A stretch of 63,160 nucleotides of DNA, the filler included, from Octopus bimaculoides (taxonomy: Eukaryota): assembly GCF_001194135.2 (NCBI RefSeq). It is 4 parts of 4 records of this genome, joined end to end, with 100 filler letters (N's around TTAATTAATTAA, not from the genome) between each part and the next. Parts side by side here need not be neighbours in the genome. Positions count along the whole stretch, not along the records: positions 43,533 to 63,160 come from NC_068982.1; 3 more parts are not named here. One strand, written 5' to 3'. The translations under genes and the position numbers were made by a program. How positions within the stretch are numbered: the stretch's first letter is position 1; every line of letters starts with the position of its first letter. The notes under the pieces are model-generated. The model was not told where the DNA came from and did not search any database. It saw only the letters and a list, made by a program, of their open reading frames with translations. Below are positions 53,200 through 63,160 of the stretch, one piece after another.

Positions 53200-54840
53200 G
53201 ACCGTCCTCAATCAAGTCCTGATTTATAGTATGATAATCTCAGATATGTCCCGACGTGAAATAGATATAATACTTGCGGCGTGAAACACTTTAGTAGATT
53301 TTAACGATAGACTATGGAATAGATCAGATAGAGAGAATGTTTTCGATATAGCGATGAGATCATCCAACTTTGCACAAGTCACGGACTTGGTCGGAGTATA
53401 TTATTCTTTCGTTAATTTAATGTTCCTTTCCAGAAATCGCGGGAATTATATACAGAGATTACGTTCTATCACTCCTCGACCGAAGTTGTAAATTACAAGT
53501 AGAAAGGCATAGGAAACATTTATTTAGACCTATAAAGAATTTACGACTCAGTATTACCATAGAGTTACCGTAGGGTAAATTTCCTTCACATTACGTTCTG
53601 TCTTGATATTGTATTATTTGAACCCGTCCATAAACCAAATGATAATATTAAGTATATAAATATAGCACACAACCATTCACCCTCAGTTATATGGGGATTA
53701 GTTAAGAATATTTCAATAAGAACATCTACGTCATGTGTTAAAATAGAAATTTTTGAATCACATGCACCATATTACAATACTGCTTTAGCTGGGGCTGGAT
53801 ACCTAGTGAAGAGTCAGTCCATACAAGACAAAGATATACACAACTGCCAATTCCTCTAATAATAATGCATATTGCACACCAATGCAACGTTAGAGTAGGT
53901 GAAGTGACTCAGATCGAGAATACAGGCCAAGAAGAATTGGCCAGGCAATAAACTACAAACCAAAACTCATAGACACATACAACACAATAGTTCTACTGTT
54001 CACAACACAATAAATTGTCCAAACTCTGTACAACACACAGAATAATAAACCAAACAACAAATATAGAAACTAGGATGTCCTCTTGTACAAGCCAATCTTT
54101 GGTTCACATGTTTCAACGAAAACCGCTAGGGAATTTTTTGCCACTGTAGATAAATATTTTCCCAAATCAAATAGATACTATGCTATTTTTAATAGACATA
54201 CCGTAAAGGTGTCTTACGCTAACTCTATTACTTTAGAGCAGCATATGCACCGCATTAATAATAGTAATGAAACAAAAGGTCAATAACCCACCTACTAGAA
54301 CTAGTACTACTAGCGGAAAATATATACATCAAAATACCAAGAATGGAGATGTAAACCGCAATAAAAACCACCTGATACGGGCACATCGTGAGAGTAGCAA
54401 TAATATTGATACAGCTAACATGGTAACAACGTCGGAAAATCAATTCAGAACTGCCATATATACAAGTAAATATAATAAATGCTCATTCAGAGAAAAATCA
54501 AGATGGTCACATGGGGAGGACCGTAGGTTTAGATTGGATTCATACAAGCATCGTTACGCAACCATGTCACCAGCTTCAAGAGAATCAACAAGAGACATTC
54601 AACATATTTTATCGACTTTGTATGACGACTTAAGGAAGATAAAATTAAGTATAATATAACTTGGTCCATAGTAAGGCACGCAAAATCATATAATATAATT
54701 TCCATGAGATGCCGATTTTGCTCTGAGGAGTCCCTGTCTATTCTGTGGACCAATGTTAACATCATTAACAGAATTTCTGAAAGATGCTCAAGATGCTTAC
54801 ATGCATATAAATGCAATTTCGCACAATGCAGCAGGAAAGA
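53200..54840 (+). mobile_element. Decayed Penelope-like retroelement (RT + GIY-YIG endonuclease), many stops and frameshifts
   Basis: Translated pieces: FDIAMRSSNFAQVTDLVG and LYRDYVL (RT); VHKPNDNIKYINIAHNHSPSV; FFATVDKYFPKSNRYYAIFNRHTVKVSY; NHVTSF..LKEDKIKYNITWSIVRHAKSYNIISMRCRFCSEE. All typical of Penelope ORFs. Confidence 0.85.
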
Positions 54841-56591
54841 ATTTGAGTAACCGTTCACCTTAAGGTGTTGATGAATCAAATTTAGCTCTAAGCTCCCCAT
54901 TCTTATAAACATCATGTAGCTATTGTGTGTGGGGGGGTGTATACTGGACTGCTGGAACTGCTAGAAACAACAGACAATGTTGATATAAATGACACACTAT
55001 TATCATAACATAAAGAGGAAATATTTTGTTAGTGTTCCCTAAGCAATTCTTAATCAAATAAAATCCTTGGTCCCTCACTGTGATCTACACGCTTCTTCAT
55101 CTCTCCACCACTTCAGGCTTTGGGTGTCCCATTTCCTGATGTTGGTGACCAAAAAACAATGTGTTCACGTAGATCCTCTTCTGAACCTACAGGATGCTCC
55201 TAGCCATGGATTTATTCTACTTTCGCAACAGCGAATGGATGCTAAAACTATGGTCTTTGAAATCATTAAGTGTAGGATGCACTACACTATTGTAAACAAC
55301 TGCACATTAGCATAATTTGTTTCCATACAAAAATTTGTAATTTTCTGAATCAACATTTGTTCAAATAATTCCCAATCTGTAATCCCGTCAATGTTATGTT
55401 TAGCTGCTTTTCTAGCGGCTGATATGTTCTGGATACACAACGGAGCTGGGATACACTGCGTGTATTTGATACGTTACCCAATAGCCTGGAGATCACAGAA
55501 AGAAAATGTTCTCATCATGGGTTTACCTAATTAGGGATACAATGATATGACGTAGCCCTAAATTAAAGATATAGTAAAAAAAATATGTATAACGCCTCTA
55601 CTGTAGCTATCATAGTCAAGAAAGCAAAACAGCACACGTTCGTTCGTTTCGTTGAGGATTATAGATGTACTCAATCTCTCCGCTATAAATATCAAAAAGC
55701 AGCGTATTTTACATCATCGCAGGTCAGTCCTATTTCACACAAACCTGAAACTTCCGCCGTCGCAGGGAACAATCCAGCTTATGCACTAATCTGTTATCAA
55801 GGTTTATTATTTTTAAATGGCTTTTGTGCGCCTATATTTGTGAGCGATATTTTCTGCCATTTGGAACAGATGGAAATCTGACGTAATGGTGGCTGCTTTT
55901 CCCGAAGTAAATCTTCAAAAGAGAAAAAAAAGTAGTAAGGAGCATAATTTATTATTAACATAATCATTTTGAAGTGACCTAATAAAAGTTCAGTTGTCGA
56001 AGATATATAAGCATAAATCATAGAAATTCAATGTAGAATGTTATTAAATGCTTGCAAAGAATATTGGTTAATAGGACGTAATACTTCAAAGCTCTACGGT
56101 AAGTTACCAAATATATATCTATTACAATATTACAATGTTAAATGAATTTTAAATCCTTGTTATTGAATTCTGCAATAGATGTTCTTTGTAATAAATATCT
56201 TCTGATATGATTAATATATTCCCTCTTCATTTACATTTATTTCATTTTAATACAATTTAATATTTCGATATATATATATTGAGCACAGAGTGTAGAATTC
56301 AATCTATAATATATTCATATATATTAGAAGTATACACATATCATAATACACGCACATATTGAAATGACGTTGATATTTTGTTACACGCTGAATAAATAAT
56401 CTAATGCGGAAAGCCACTTTAATATACTTGCTAAAATCATTTACAGGAAGCACAGGGATACAGAAGCAATTCATCTACGAAAATATGAATTCAATCATGG
56501 TTTTAATATATTGGTGTTATGATATTAAACAATCCTTGTCGTAAATATGAGAACGCATTAAACGAATCAATAATGCAGCAAGCAAGCATAT

Positions 56592-56639
<48 letters not shown>

Positions 56640-57339
56640 ACAGACACACCCGCACACGTTTATATACGCTTGTGTGTTTGCGGTTTGAGTATAACATGCT
56701 GTTATATATACATGTGTGCACGAGGTTTATAGCGAAAGTAATGCAACATTGGATGTAAGTTTTTTTGGGTTTTTTTAAATGACATAGGTCGCTTAAATTT
56801 CACTTGGTCTTTGCGTAAAACGTCTAAATAAATATGCTACTCAACAAAATTTCCATCTAAACCGATATATTTGTTCTATCTCTGATTCCAGCTCTGGATT
56901 CCCCTTCGAAAACAGTCAGATATTCTCTATTACACTCACTTCTTCACACTAATTTTTATCATGTGTGACTCCGATATTTAAGACTGATAAGTCTACAGAT
57001 CAGGTGTAAGTCGAAGAGCATCACACCTGTACTGTACAGTCGATGAGGTATAGCGAGCAGAGTAGCGCGCCAATTGCATGATATGTAGTGAAAGATGTGT
57101 GGATTTTCCCACTCCCTTGTTTTTGCCTTCCTTTTCATGGCTTTTGAATAATTTTACAATATTCTTAATCTACAGTTCATAGTTCGGGGTACGAGAGCTT
57201 TCTAGAAAATCATTCCCTACTTCCCCCAAAAGCAACGACAAATGAAAAATCAAACTTACCATCAGTTTCTGTGCAGATTGCTGGATCTTGTAATTCTTAT
57301 ATCTTGAAGAATGAGGTGTGATACCATGTTATGTTTTCT

Positions 57340-57660
57340 GTTTACGCTCAGAAAGATGGGCTCACATTTCATAAACTTTCACCAGATCTGCAAGAATACA
57401 CGTCATCATAGATTTGACATAACTCAAGAAATGACCAGAGCATGCCCCCAAACCTTTTTCCTTCAAATCGTTCTGCGTTCATCTCGTCAATGGAGTCGTC
57501 ACATAAACACCTTTTGTGCTATTCGTATGTCGGGTTGCTAACATCGATTCTTCTTCATCAGCCTAATAATGGCACGTTGCTTTTGCACAGGTCCTACTAT
57601 TTTGCTGTCAATGAAGAACAATAAAACAATCGTTCGTTGACTGAACACTATTCAATTTTT
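57340..57660 (-). mobile_element. Possible decayed mariner 5' or N-terminal fragment
   Basis: KQRAIIRL..PDIRIAQKVF, similar to the mariner EQRAVIRFL..EIHRRMKAVYG motif; multiple stops. Confidence 0.35.
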
Positions 57661-57691
57661 TTTCTCCGTGTTTTTCTCCTTGTCTCCGTAT

Positions 57692-57728
57692 TCTTTCTGT
57701 TGAAGAGCGTAGCTCGAAACGTCAAAGA
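57692..57728 (+). ncRNA. Minimal hammerhead-like motif of a second family (core variant CUGUUGA)
   Basis: UCUUU-CUGUUGA-A-GAG-CGUAG-CUC-GAAA-C-GUC-AAAGA: 5-bp stem I, 3-bp stem II, palindromic ACGU stem III, GUC site. A6 is replaced by U. Confidence 0.45.
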
Positions 57729-57919
57729 CTTTCCGTATTCCCGAGCGTCATACTAATATATCCTTTTGTTATTTACACCACCTGTCCTCGTCTGTTGTTA
57801 TTATTTGTATATTCTCCCACATAATATATATATACTTCTGTTATCTTGCAAAATTAATATCAACAATGTTATTTTTTAATCTAAAATATACTCTCCTTCA
57901 TTTTCTACAATGCTCTTTC

Positions 57920-57968
<49 letters not shown>

Positions 57969-58074
57969 ATGGCTGTCTATCTATCTATCTATCTGTCTGT
58001 ATGTCTGTCTGTCTGTCTATCTGTTTGTCTTTCTGTCTATCTATCTCTCTCTCTCTATATATATATATATACAC

Positions 58075-58290
58075 GTTTGTGAATTTGCGTTGCAAGATTC
58101 CTGATGTGAAGTCGTGCGTTGAAACAGTTATTGTATTTCGGGTTGGTCATTTTTTTTGCCAAATAAACACATGCACTATATAATTATTCTACACTCGTTT
58201 ACTACTCTTCTTATTCTAACTCATTTCCATTGTCCAGAAATCTTTCGTCACACATCTGTGACCTCCTCAGCGACAAGTTCTGCCTTTGTG
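58075..58290 (-). mobile_element. Penelope-type terminal-repeat-like non-autonomous element
   Basis: Homologous to 32165-32420 and 62905-63070, and carries the hammerhead motif. Confidence 0.5.
58232..58275 (-). ncRNA. Minimal hammerhead-like motif, sister copy
   Basis: Minus strand reads UUGUCG-CUGAGGA-G-GUCAC-AGAUGU-GUGAC-GAAA-GAUU-UC-UGGAC. Core intact, stem I weak. Confidence 0.5.
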
Positions 58291-58741
58291 TGTGTTCTTA
58301 TACATATATGAACTAATTAGATAGACGCATACACACACACATATATTATCAATATGATATACTTAATGTATGCAAGTTGTTGAACACTGTGAACTACAGC
58401 GTTTACATTGCAGTATAATAGTGAGAAATTTCTTCCTGCATTTACATTCAAATCCTGATTACATTAATTTTATCTTCCATGCTTTAAGATTTATGACGCA
58501 AAGTAACAATGTTAGTACCGTTGTCCATGGTATTGTCTAAAACCCACCTTTCAAATTTGTGCCTAAATCAGAAACCGTTATGCAGTCTATATCTGCAGGA
58601 GTTAGTCCTCATAGTTCAGACTTGTGATATAAATTTTTCCAATCGGGCCACTCTGTCTTTACTTCAACCATGTACACTTATTCAAGCTCTAGAACTCACA
58701 CAGAATGTGCATTCACTCATATTCACAGACAGATAGACACA

Positions 58742-58819
<78 letters not shown>

Positions 58820-58820
58820 T

Positions 58821-59130
58821 CGGTTGCACAAGATCTTGATTGTATCGAGAAGGATGGAAACGTTTTTCGTAGGCATCTGAACAGGTATCGCCAACCTTTT
58901 GGCAAAGGTTGATGCATATTCTCTGCTCAACTTTCTTCGTCATCGTCAATGCGACGATCAGGCGCTACACACCTTTCTTCCAGTCACTGGTGAAAACAGG
59001 AGAAGTGAGCTAGAAAGTTAAAACCAAGTGCGCATGCAACAACACCGTTCAAGGTCAATTTTTACCAAGCGGTTTCATTTCGCCTCGTTATTATGGCCAC
59101 AGTCGGGATACTTATTGATCAGACCAAGTA
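58821..59130 (-). mobile_element. Mariner transposon 5' fragment
   Basis: TIR-like TACTTGGTCTGATCAATAAGTATCCCGACT flanked by TA at 59101-59130; N-terminus MTKKVEQRICINLCQKVGDTCSDAYE. Confidence 0.75.
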
Positions 59131-59134
59131 TATA

Positions 59135-59192
<58 letters not shown>

Positions 59193-60819
59193 TGTGTATT
59201 CGTCAAATTTTTAATCTGCATATGACGTTAGGTAGATTTGGATCCTATTTCAAAGAATTACTTGAAACATTCTTTGTCAATTTGTATTAATATTAATGTT
59301 CTAGGCGTAGTATTAATCCAAACCGTCACTTCCGATAATTATTTCATCTGGTGTACCATTAAGATTGTCGGAAAGACATAAACATTTAAATTACTGTGGT
59401 CCACATTTTCTTGTTTCTTACTAAACTATTATTCTGCTTTTCCAATGCGATGTCTAGGTTCACAGAGACAAGTAAAACTTATGTTTCCCTTGTGAAGTAC
59501 TAGGTAAATTTCGTAGAAGCTATCGATTTGGATTAAAAAGAAATGAAACTAAATTTAGTACAAGAGAAATCCGACAGTAGAAAATACAAAAAGCAAAGAA
59601 CATTATCTTTACTTTTAAGTCAGTATATTAAATCTGTTTTAAAACCACTTTATACCGAGAAATATAAAGAGAAATCAAAATCCACAATAAGTTTATTACT
59701 GTCACATAATATTTAAATTATAGATGCACTCCCTTACAGGAAGGAACCAGGCAGACACGTATAAGGAACAAAAGCATGAAACATAGCTACATATATTACA
59801 AAACAAATTGAGTAGTAAAATTTGAAATGCTGTTGGAATATAGAATTGGACAAAGTGACTTAGAAAAAATAAACGCAAGCCTTTGATTTTTAATTGTTTT
59901 TAAATTTTGAGTATCAAAACAAGGATATGACTACAGTGTGCAATATCTCACTTTGTTTCACCTTTTCTTGATCCATATACATGAAGGTATTTACTTCAGA
60001 AAGATTATAAATATAATCCGTAAATCTGGTGGTCCCGAATGTAAGTATCTAAAAACTACAGACATCATGTTGTTCTTAAATAAGATATTGGAGAAATGTA
60101 AAGTAAAAGGATATATAGCTTTAAATATTCGAGATGCATATCATGTTTTAAAAAATTTTAACTAGCAGTCGTACAGACACATTTCACCCCACAAATATAT
60201 TATGCGAGTACCTGTACATATACACAAATATGTATGCATAAATGTATATATATATATATATGTGTGTGTTTTTGTATATGTGTGTGAGAACGTGTGTGCG
60301 TATTTAGATATGCAATCATATATTCACGAATATAAGTATATGCGCATGGTTTTGTGATTACCAGCTTGGATGTGTATACATACACACATACATGCATATG
60401 TATATATATACATATACATATATATATATACATATATATATATATGTATGTGTATATNNNNNNNNNNNNNNNNNNNNNNNNNNNNNNNNNNNNNNNNNNN
60501 NNNNNNNNNNNNNNNNNNNNNNNNNNNNNNNNNNNNNNNNNNNNNNNNNNNNNNNNNNNNNNNNNNTATATATACTCACACAAACACATATACACACAAA
60601 CAATCACACACATATATCAATCTGGTCCTTATACATGGAAGAATAAATATTGTCTCAATAAAAATATATATCAATAAACATACCCACAGTCTCACGCACG
60701 AATATTCATAATTAACATATATATATCGTTGCCATATAAATTAACATTTCTTACACGTCCTCATGTCCCTCACTTCCTTATTGAAAGAATCTAAGAGTTC
60801 TGATCAATACGTATCCGTA

Positions 60820-60925
60820 CTTTACCATAGTAGTGCTTTAGCTTCGTTACCATAGCAGTGCTTTAGCTTTGTTACTATGTACTTTAGCTTCGTTACTATG
60901 TACTTTATTATTATTAAAGGTCCAT
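60820..60925. repeat. Short degenerate tandem repeat (units of about 20-28 bp)
   Basis: TTACCATAG.AGTGCTTTAGCTT.G twice, TTACTATGTACTTTA twice, CATGTACTTTATT.TTATTAAAGG twice. Confidence 0.7.
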
Positions 60926-61539
60926 GTACTTTATTGTTATTAAAGGTGCAAAACAGCACAAAAATGTCACAAAAAACTGCTACTCAATTTTTCACGTTCT
61001 TGTTCGTCGGACAGTTTAGAATGGAAATAGAACAAAAAGTTTGTATGTATAAAATATACAATTTACATTGACAGATGCACATTTGAATTGGTTTTCTTCA
61101 TTGGTCCTTTCGACTAACAGTTGTCTTCTAATCAATGATGATAGGTTTAAAACCGTATTATGTGAGATCGAAGAAAACCATAAAAATCAAAAACAAAATT
61201 TCAAAAATAACAGTAGTTAGAATGAAAAAACCTATATAACCAGATATAAACCTATAAATTAATTAATGATAAAATAAGTTAAAGTAAAACTAAATAAATG
61301 TAGGTCTGAATTATAATAATATTCACATACATAAATGAAAGGGCCTAAAAATAGGCACACTGTACTTATACATATACACACTAAAATACATGCACGTATA
61401 TAGTACACTAAACCTACAAACGCTAACATATACATACATACATATTTAAAAACATACACAAGCAAATAGACGGTGCATATAGACGCCCTATAAGCTGTAA
61501 ATTGTGCCTGAAAAAAAGTTTTTCATCCTGTTACAGGAT

Positions 61540-62785
61540 AAATATGCATTGAACCAAAGACGGGAGCTTTTGAATTCCTGTCGTCTGATAAAATACTATA
61601 CAGATAGGAGAGTAATGGTAATTCGCTTGAAGGACTGTGTATTGTTTGTGAAATATAACGCGTCTTGAAAGGCACAAAAATGTAGAGTGCACTATAATAT
61701 CTGTTATAGTTTAATTATCTATAGTCTGATATAATAATAATATTTTGGAATATAAAAATTCCTTCTTCAGATATCACTAGGAATTGATCGAGTCACTGCT
61801 ATAATCGCTTTTCCAGCGGTTGGTGAATTTTTTTCAGTGGTCTCACGAAGCTCCTTCCGGAATACCTCATGAGAAATGTGTGACGGTGGCCATGCCTCAA
61901 GTATTGTTGCTTTCTCATTTTCTGTGACCTAATCTGGCGTGTGCCTAAACCAACTTTTTTCTGTTGTTATTCCATAGTGTTGGAATAGCTTCCAGTGTAT
62001 GTAAATCCCAACTATGTCGTATCTGTGAATATATTCCTTCTTAGCCAGGTCTGGACAGCCAGAGACAATATGTTTTATTGTTTCTTGTCCATCTCCACAT
62101 ATTCTGCAGTTACTTGTTATTTTTCTTTTCGTTATATGTTTTTGGTAAGTTCTGGTGCGGAGGCCTAGTCTTGTGCTGCAATTAAAAACATCCTGCAGTT
62201 TCTGCTTTGAGTACTGAGCTTTTCAGCCATTGCTGAGATTTTGCTTTATCTATTTCTTTTGCGTTTAGTTTAACCCAGTATTTGCCATGAAGTGGATTTT
62301 CTTGCCATCGTTTTATCATGATCCCTTGCTGTTTTAGTTCTAGTTTAGTTTTCATTTATTTTACAGCTTTTGTTGCTTTTTCATTTTCATCCTAGTTGTT
62401 AGGGAGTATGACGTTTTGTTTGTATTTGTCAGCTTCCTTAATGACTGAAAACAGTTTTTTTGTTTTGTTCGTATTTTGTGGCTATTTATATTAGTTTTCC
62501 TTGCTTCTGAAGTAAGTATTTTTGAAGTCCTATGGTGATTATTTTGTATTAGTTTTCTAGCTGTATAAGGCCTCTACCACCTTCTATACGTTGTATATAT
62601 AACCGTTCTAGGTCAGATTTTGGGTGGTGCATCCTAAATCCTGTCATTATTTTTCTTGTTTTCCTGTCTATTTTGATTAGTTCATTAAGTGACCACTTAA
62701 GGATATTGTAGTTTCAACTTATAACTAGGACGGATAAAGTGCTGATACCTATTATCCTGTTTTTCGCATTGTTAAACGATGTAAA
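61540..62785 (-). mobile_element. Decayed R4/Dong-clade LINE fragment
   Basis: Minus strand: WSLNELIKIDRKTRKIMTGFRMHHPKSDLERLYIQRIEGGRGLIQLEN, IAAQD, CRICGDGQETIKHIVSGCPDLAKKEYIHRYD. Confidence 0.85.
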
Positions 62786-62904
62786 CATCAGTATATATAT
62801 AAGGTGAACTTTAGAGTCAAGATTTCACTACTATTTTTCAGTGTCGTGGTATCACTTAGATAGCCTATATTATATTTATATGTATATATATATATATATT
62901 GTTG

Positions 62905-63070
62905 TACTTGGGGATGGTCATATTGCCAGTTTAGCCAATAAAAACACACGCACTGTATATTTGGTGTTAATTTGCTTCAGCTTTATATTACATTAATCTT
63001 AATCTTATTTCAGCCAGAGTTCTTTCGTCACACTTCTGTGACCTCATCAGTGGTCTTTTGTTTCCTTCTT
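62905..63070 (-). mobile_element. Penelope-type terminal-repeat-like non-autonomous element
   Basis: Shares ggatggtcat..aataaaaacacacgcac..tttcgtcacac..gtgacctc with the two copies above. Confidence 0.5.
63014..63053 (-). ncRNA. Minimal type I hammerhead-ribozyme-like motif, intact core
   Basis: Minus strand reads CCA-CUGAUGA-G-GUCAC-AGAAGU-GUGAC-GAAA-GAAC-UC-UGG: exact CUGANGA and GAAA, 5-bp stem II, NUH triplet CUC, 3-bp stem I. Confidence 0.6.
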
Positions 63071-63160
63071 TCTTATGTGTGTCTCACCTTGCTAACTATC
63101 AGCCATTTTGTCAAAATTTTGACAAAATGGCTGATAGTTAGCAAGGTGAGACACACATAA

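Noticed and set aside
48802-57300. Isolated exon-like segments (plus: 48802-48815, 51029-51055, 52832-52896; minus: about 57260-57297, about 55350-55486)
   Set aside because: Splice-like signals are present, but there is no recognisable domain and no convincing phase-consistent chain. RNA-seq would be needed.
58098-58135. Plus-strand CTGATGT..GAAACAGTT hammerhead-like string (also at about 32226-32260)
   Set aside because: A9 is replaced and stem II does not pair convincingly, so it cannot be supported as a ribozyme.
76-63160. Most ORFs in the supplied track (YIYI, HTHT, CVCV, LSLS, poly-X)
   Set aside because: They are translations of microsatellites or N runs, with no coding signal.

Overview
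Eukaryotic, repeat-rich animal DNA. The microsatellite load, long introns and SINE families resemble a coleoid cephalopod such as Octopus; this is inferred from recall, not from a database hit. Three identical 100-bp spacers (44 N + TTAATTAATTAA + 44 N) at about 19.9, 33.0 and 43.5 kb split the window into four assembled pieces. Two interrupted genes lie on the minus strand. The first is EXOSC10/RRP6 coding exons 1-5 (40978 down to 33446). They splice in frame through GT-AG introns and encode the PMC2NT region, but the exonuclease and HRDC exons were not found in the window. The second is four in-frame internal exons of an ADAMTS/ADAMTSL-type protein (30590 down to 22636: end of a TSP1 repeat and the cysteine-rich module), with weaker candidate 3' exons near 11.0, 9.1 and 0.5 kb. 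The rest consists of several SINE families, decayed LINEs (RTE, R4/Dong, CR1/L2-like), a decayed Penelope-like element (RT + GIY-YIG), mariner and hAT remnants, MITE-like hairpins and microsatellites. The most notable non-coding signal is a set of minimal type I hammerhead-ribozyme-like motifs in Penelope-type repeats (63014-63053, 58232-58275, 57692-57728, and a core-mutated copy at 32368-32408). Two near-identical local copies of about 100 bp sit at LINE 5' junctions. The six-frame ORF track mostly reflects microsatellites and N runs. I found no evidence of a wholly new multi-gene system.
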